Origin: Octopus sinensis
Taxonomy: Eukaryota
Assembly: GCF_006345805.1 (NCBI RefSeq)
Contig: NW_021832370.1
Span: 1 to 38,282 of the forward strand
DNA: 38,282 nucleotides
Reading direction: 5' to 3'
Part shown: positions 34,907-38,282 of the stretch, piece after piece
Layout of the letters: each line of letters begins with the position of its first letter
Position numbering within the stretch: the first letter of the stretch is position 1
The notes under the pieces: generated by a model
Seen by the model: only the letters and a program-made list of their open reading frames with translations
What the model was told of the DNA's origin: nothing
Databases searched by the model: none
Translations under genes and position numbers: made by a program

Positions 34907-36030
34907 TTAGATGAGGAGGGGGGGAGAGTTGAGACCAAATGGCGTATAAGAGCGAAGAGAGAAGATTAATTCCTGTTCACGGCGCAAACGGGAATCCGGT
35001 GGCCTCTGTGTAAGGACAAACCGAACACAGATAGGTGTTGCAAGGAGTGACCGGTGGAGCGGAAATGGCGTGAGGCCGGGTGTGTCGTTCGCAAGGTGGA
35101 TGTCACGAAGGTGTTCCGCGAACCGGTCAGCCAAGCGGCGTCCCGTTTGTCCGATGTACAAGGATTGCAGAGAGAGCAAGAGATGCAATAGATAATATTG
35201 CTGGAGGTGCAGGTGAAGGAGTGGATGATGGGATAGGGTCGATGGTGGGTGCTAGTGAGGCGGGTGGTGTTGGAGAGGTAAGGGCAAGTGCGGCACGTGG
35301 GCGGGAGCAGGGGAACGAGCCGGGTTGGAAGGTAGGGTCAGGGAAGGAGCTATGGACCAAAAGGTCTCGAAGGTTGTGGGCTCGTTTGAAAGAGGGGAGG
35401 GGGTCGGTTATGGAAGAGGTGCGAAGTGGACGGGTCGGACTGGAGATGACGGAAAGCTCGAAGAATGGTGTTGGTGGAGACGTAGGGTCGTGGGGTGGTA
35501 AGTGAGGGGGAAAAGGGAGGCGGGAGACTACAGGGCGCGGTTCGGGAGAGAGAGGAGAGCAGATACACGGTCCACGGACCGTGCTCTGGCAAGGGCGGTG
35601 TGGATAGTGGATGAGTGGTGAGGGGGTATCCACGTAGGGTGAAGTGGTGAGCCATACGTTGAGACTGAGTCTCAAAGTCATGGTCGTCACTACAGAGCCT
35701 ACGTAGACGGAGGAATTGGGAAAGGGATGGAAAGCTTGGTGTGTTCTGGGTGGGGGAGGAAGAGAAGTTGAGGTATGAGGTGAGTCTGTGTGTGTTGTAT
35801 GGAATGGAGGTGGTAAGAGTGGAGTGAAGAATGATAACCGAAATGTCGAGGAAGGAGACAGAGGTGTTGGAGATAGTGGAAGTGAAGTGGAGGGGCTGGA
35901 TGGAAAGATTGGACGAAAGAGAGGAAGGAATCTAGATGTTCGCGGGAGAGTGAGGTGGCACCGATAATGTCGTCGATGTAACGACCATTAGTTCAGAGTG
36001 GGACATGTGAAATTAGAGAATATTTGGGGC
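34907..36030 (-). pseudogene. Frameshifted PLE polyprotein remnant (RT plus GIY-YIG)
   Basis: GRYIDDIIGATSLSREHLDSFLSFVQSFHP (YIDD at 35980-35969); RLRRLCSDDHDFETQSQRMAHHFTLRGYP; NIIYCISCSLC / LYIGQTGRRLADRFAEHLRDIH; EQELIFSLRSYTPFGLN. Confidence 0.92.
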
Positions 36031-36592
36031 TCAACATGCAACGAACAGGTTCGCATAGTTGGGGCCCATATACATATATATATATATATTTTACGATATA
36101 TATAATGCATATTGTATACTATACATACACATCCTTACATATAGTTTACATATGTATGTATATGTCTCTCTCTCTCTCTACACACACACATACACATACA
36201 CACACACATACACACACACACACACAATGTATGTATAAATATTTATTCACTCCGGCATAAGTAAAAAACCCACACATATATTCATACATGCTTACTCAGA
36301 TATAAAAATACGTACACATACACACACGCACACACACACGAGTATGCATGTATGCATTTAGAACACATATTTAGAATATTTCAACATTATCCTTTCTTCT
36401 TATTTAAAATGGAGCGTAAGCAGTTGACATTTCTTTAATTCGATTTAGACATAATTTATGCTTGATTCTTTTGCAAAGCCAGCGTTAACACGCTTTGTAG
36501 CTCTTCTTATCGTAAGCAATGCTATGCAGTTAGTAATTTATATTGGCAGCTACATGGTTTCACGATCGAATATGCGGTGTAGCGTCCATCTT

Positions 36593-37007
36593 TATTTCTT
36601 TATTGCCCACAAGGGGCTAAACATAGTGGGGACAAACAAGGACAGAAAAAGGGATTAAGTCGATTATATCGACCCCAGCGCGTAACTGGTACTTATTTAA
36701 TCGACCCCGAAAAGATGAAGGGCAAAGTCGACCTCGGCGGAATTTGAACGAAGTACGTAACGGCAGACGAAATACCTATTTCTGTACTACCCACAAGGGG
36801 CTAAACACAGAAGAGACAAGCAAGGACAGACAAACGGATTAAGTCGTTTATATCGACCCCAGTGCGTAACTGGTACTTAATTTATCGACCCCAAAATGAT
36901 GAAAGGCAAAGTCGACCTCGGCGGAATTTGAACTCAGAACGTAACGGCAGACGAAATACGGCTACGCGTTTCGCCCGGCGTGCTAACCTTTCTGCCAGCT
37001 CACCGCC
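36593..37007 (-). mobile_element. SINE B head plus two body units
   Basis: Junction GACGAAATAC/CTATT at about 36775, the same as in the other arrays. Confidence 0.9.
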
Positions 37008-37364
37008 TTCATAGAGGTGCTACCACTCGCTGGCTGAAAAATGGTGTTGTAGCTAAAACAATATACACAGCCATCTGCAGAAAAGACCGTCCTGGGATAA
37101 ATCTATACAAAGTTCCTACTATGGAATGTTTACAAACATACCAGCACAGCACAAAAAATACTGGTGGTACGTTCCCTTCTAAACTTCTACCAACTGCAAG
37201 CATACGATATCTGACAGTTATTTCTGACAGGGAATCAGTCATATTACAGCCGTAGAGATTAGCTGCCCTGGAGATGTGACCATCTTTTCCAGTATGAAAG
37301 AAGAGAATATCTGTGGGCCTCCGATTCGAAGTCTGCAAATCTTCTACCTTGGTTTTAAATTACA

Positions 37365-37739
37365 CTAGCAGTATCACCCGGCGTTGCTTGGGTTTGTTTC
37401 GACCCTTTAGAATTGGAATTTTTGAAAAGTAAACACTTTTTATTCTTTTTAAGTGAACATTTTTCTGGTTGAAATACACCGAAAAATGGCGACACAGCAG
37501 TCAAAGAATAGTAAAAAAATAGGGATTTTCATAGAAAAAAAGCACCCTTTTGATGTAAATAATGTTTGGTGTTAACATGGTCCGATTTGAATTTTTTCTT
37601 CTACGGAAGGAAGAGCAAGCCTTCTATCATACTCTCAATTTTGGTCAACTTGTGCCACAGGGTCTCAGAGGAGATAGTGTTAGTTGAAGGCTACCAAACC
37701 TGCCATACACAGACAACTTCAGCTTTATATAGAGAGAGA
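37365..37739 (-). mobile_element. Non-autonomous Helitron
   Basis: Minus strand: A|TCTCTCTCTATATAAAGCTG...CCCAAGCAACGCCGGG (hairpin) TGATACTG CTAG|T, i.e. 5' TC, 3' hairpin plus CTAG, inserted in AT. Confidence 0.82.
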
Positions 37740-38094
37740 TTCATACTAATAACCATTGGTACACTTGGTTATGTTAATAAATGTCTAATCCACAATCTGG
37801 CGTAGCAGGATTTTAAAATCAGAAGAAAATGAAAAAGAACGAGATCGGCTAACACGAAGTTTACAGACCTACTTCGTAAATCGATCAGTAATTATATGCA
37901 AGACTTTCTTAAAGATCGATTCGTTACAATTATCCGTGTTGTTAACCAAATTCCAATGACTTCTGTTTCTGTATTAGGAACCAGTACCCTCATACTGATA
38001 ATTAAAAAGAACAAAAGGATACACACACATATATATTTAAATGTCTATATGTGTATGTGTGTGAGTGTGTGTGATATCGCTTTCAACATGTGAT

Positions 38095-38282
38095 CTCTTG
38101 AGCACAATCAGCTCAAAAATTTCTCCTCTGTCTTCCTTCTTGGGATCTTTCCTTCTCCTTGTTTCCGACGAAGAGTCCGCTCGAAAACGTTAAAACCCTT
38201 CCTTCCCTTCTTTCCTGAGCGTCAATAATACTTTAATTGTTCCACGTCCTGCGTTGCTGTGTTTTCTTTTTTTCTCTTTTTT
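38095..38282 (+). mobile_element. PLE 3'-end fragment, related subfamily (runs off the window)
   Basis: Hammerhead followed by TTCCTGAGCGTCAATAATAC, matching the family motif TTCCTGAGCG(C/T)CA. Confidence 0.65.
38161..38196 (+). ncRNA. Minimal type I hammerhead motif (U4C core, extra A)
   Basis: GUUU CCGACGA A GAG-UCCG-CUC GAA AACGUU A AAAC: 4-bp stem I, palindromic AACGUU, UUA site. Confidence 0.68.

Larger units (their letters stand above)
34481..36030 (-). mobile_element. 5'-truncated Penelope-like retroelement (RT C-terminus, GIY-YIG endonuclease, 3' pLTR with hammerhead)
   Basis: See the coding remnant below; the 3' end abuts TA-rich sequence and matches solo fragments at 9621 and 19912. 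Confidence 0.92.

Noticed and set aside
36980-37338. Overlapping 91-aa and 109-aa ORFs in unique sequence
   Set aside because: The plus ORF starts inside a SINE; neither shows a recognisable motif.

Overview
Eukaryotic, AT-rich, repeat-saturated window. The repeat landscape suggests an octopus (coleoid cephalopod) intron or intergenic region; this is inferred from recalled repeat families, not searched. No host protein-coding exon could be recognised, and most ORFs in the supplied track are microsatellite artefacts. Contents: two tRNA-derived SINE groups (called A and B here); a decayed, truncated mariner transposase; several R4/Dong-like LINE fragments next to (TAA)n; a 5'-truncated Penelope-like element (PLE; RT RYIDD plus GIY-YIG); a Helitron, a Helentron/HINE-like element and two piggyBac MITEs. 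Two observations stand out. (1) About ten type I hammerhead ribozyme (HHR) motifs with palindromic helix III, from several unrelated small non-coding PLE-like elements. Most of these elements sit in or beside (TA)n tracts and some carry 5' inversions. At least one HHR has a fully canonical core (17680-17765), and recurring core variants (A6U, U4C) occur. (2) SINE B appears to insert repeatedly into the same GTATTTCGTC motif of its own head, building nests and 184-bp-period arrays, and one insertion is flanked by a 124-bp direct repeat. Coordinates were read by eye; element ends may be off by some bases.
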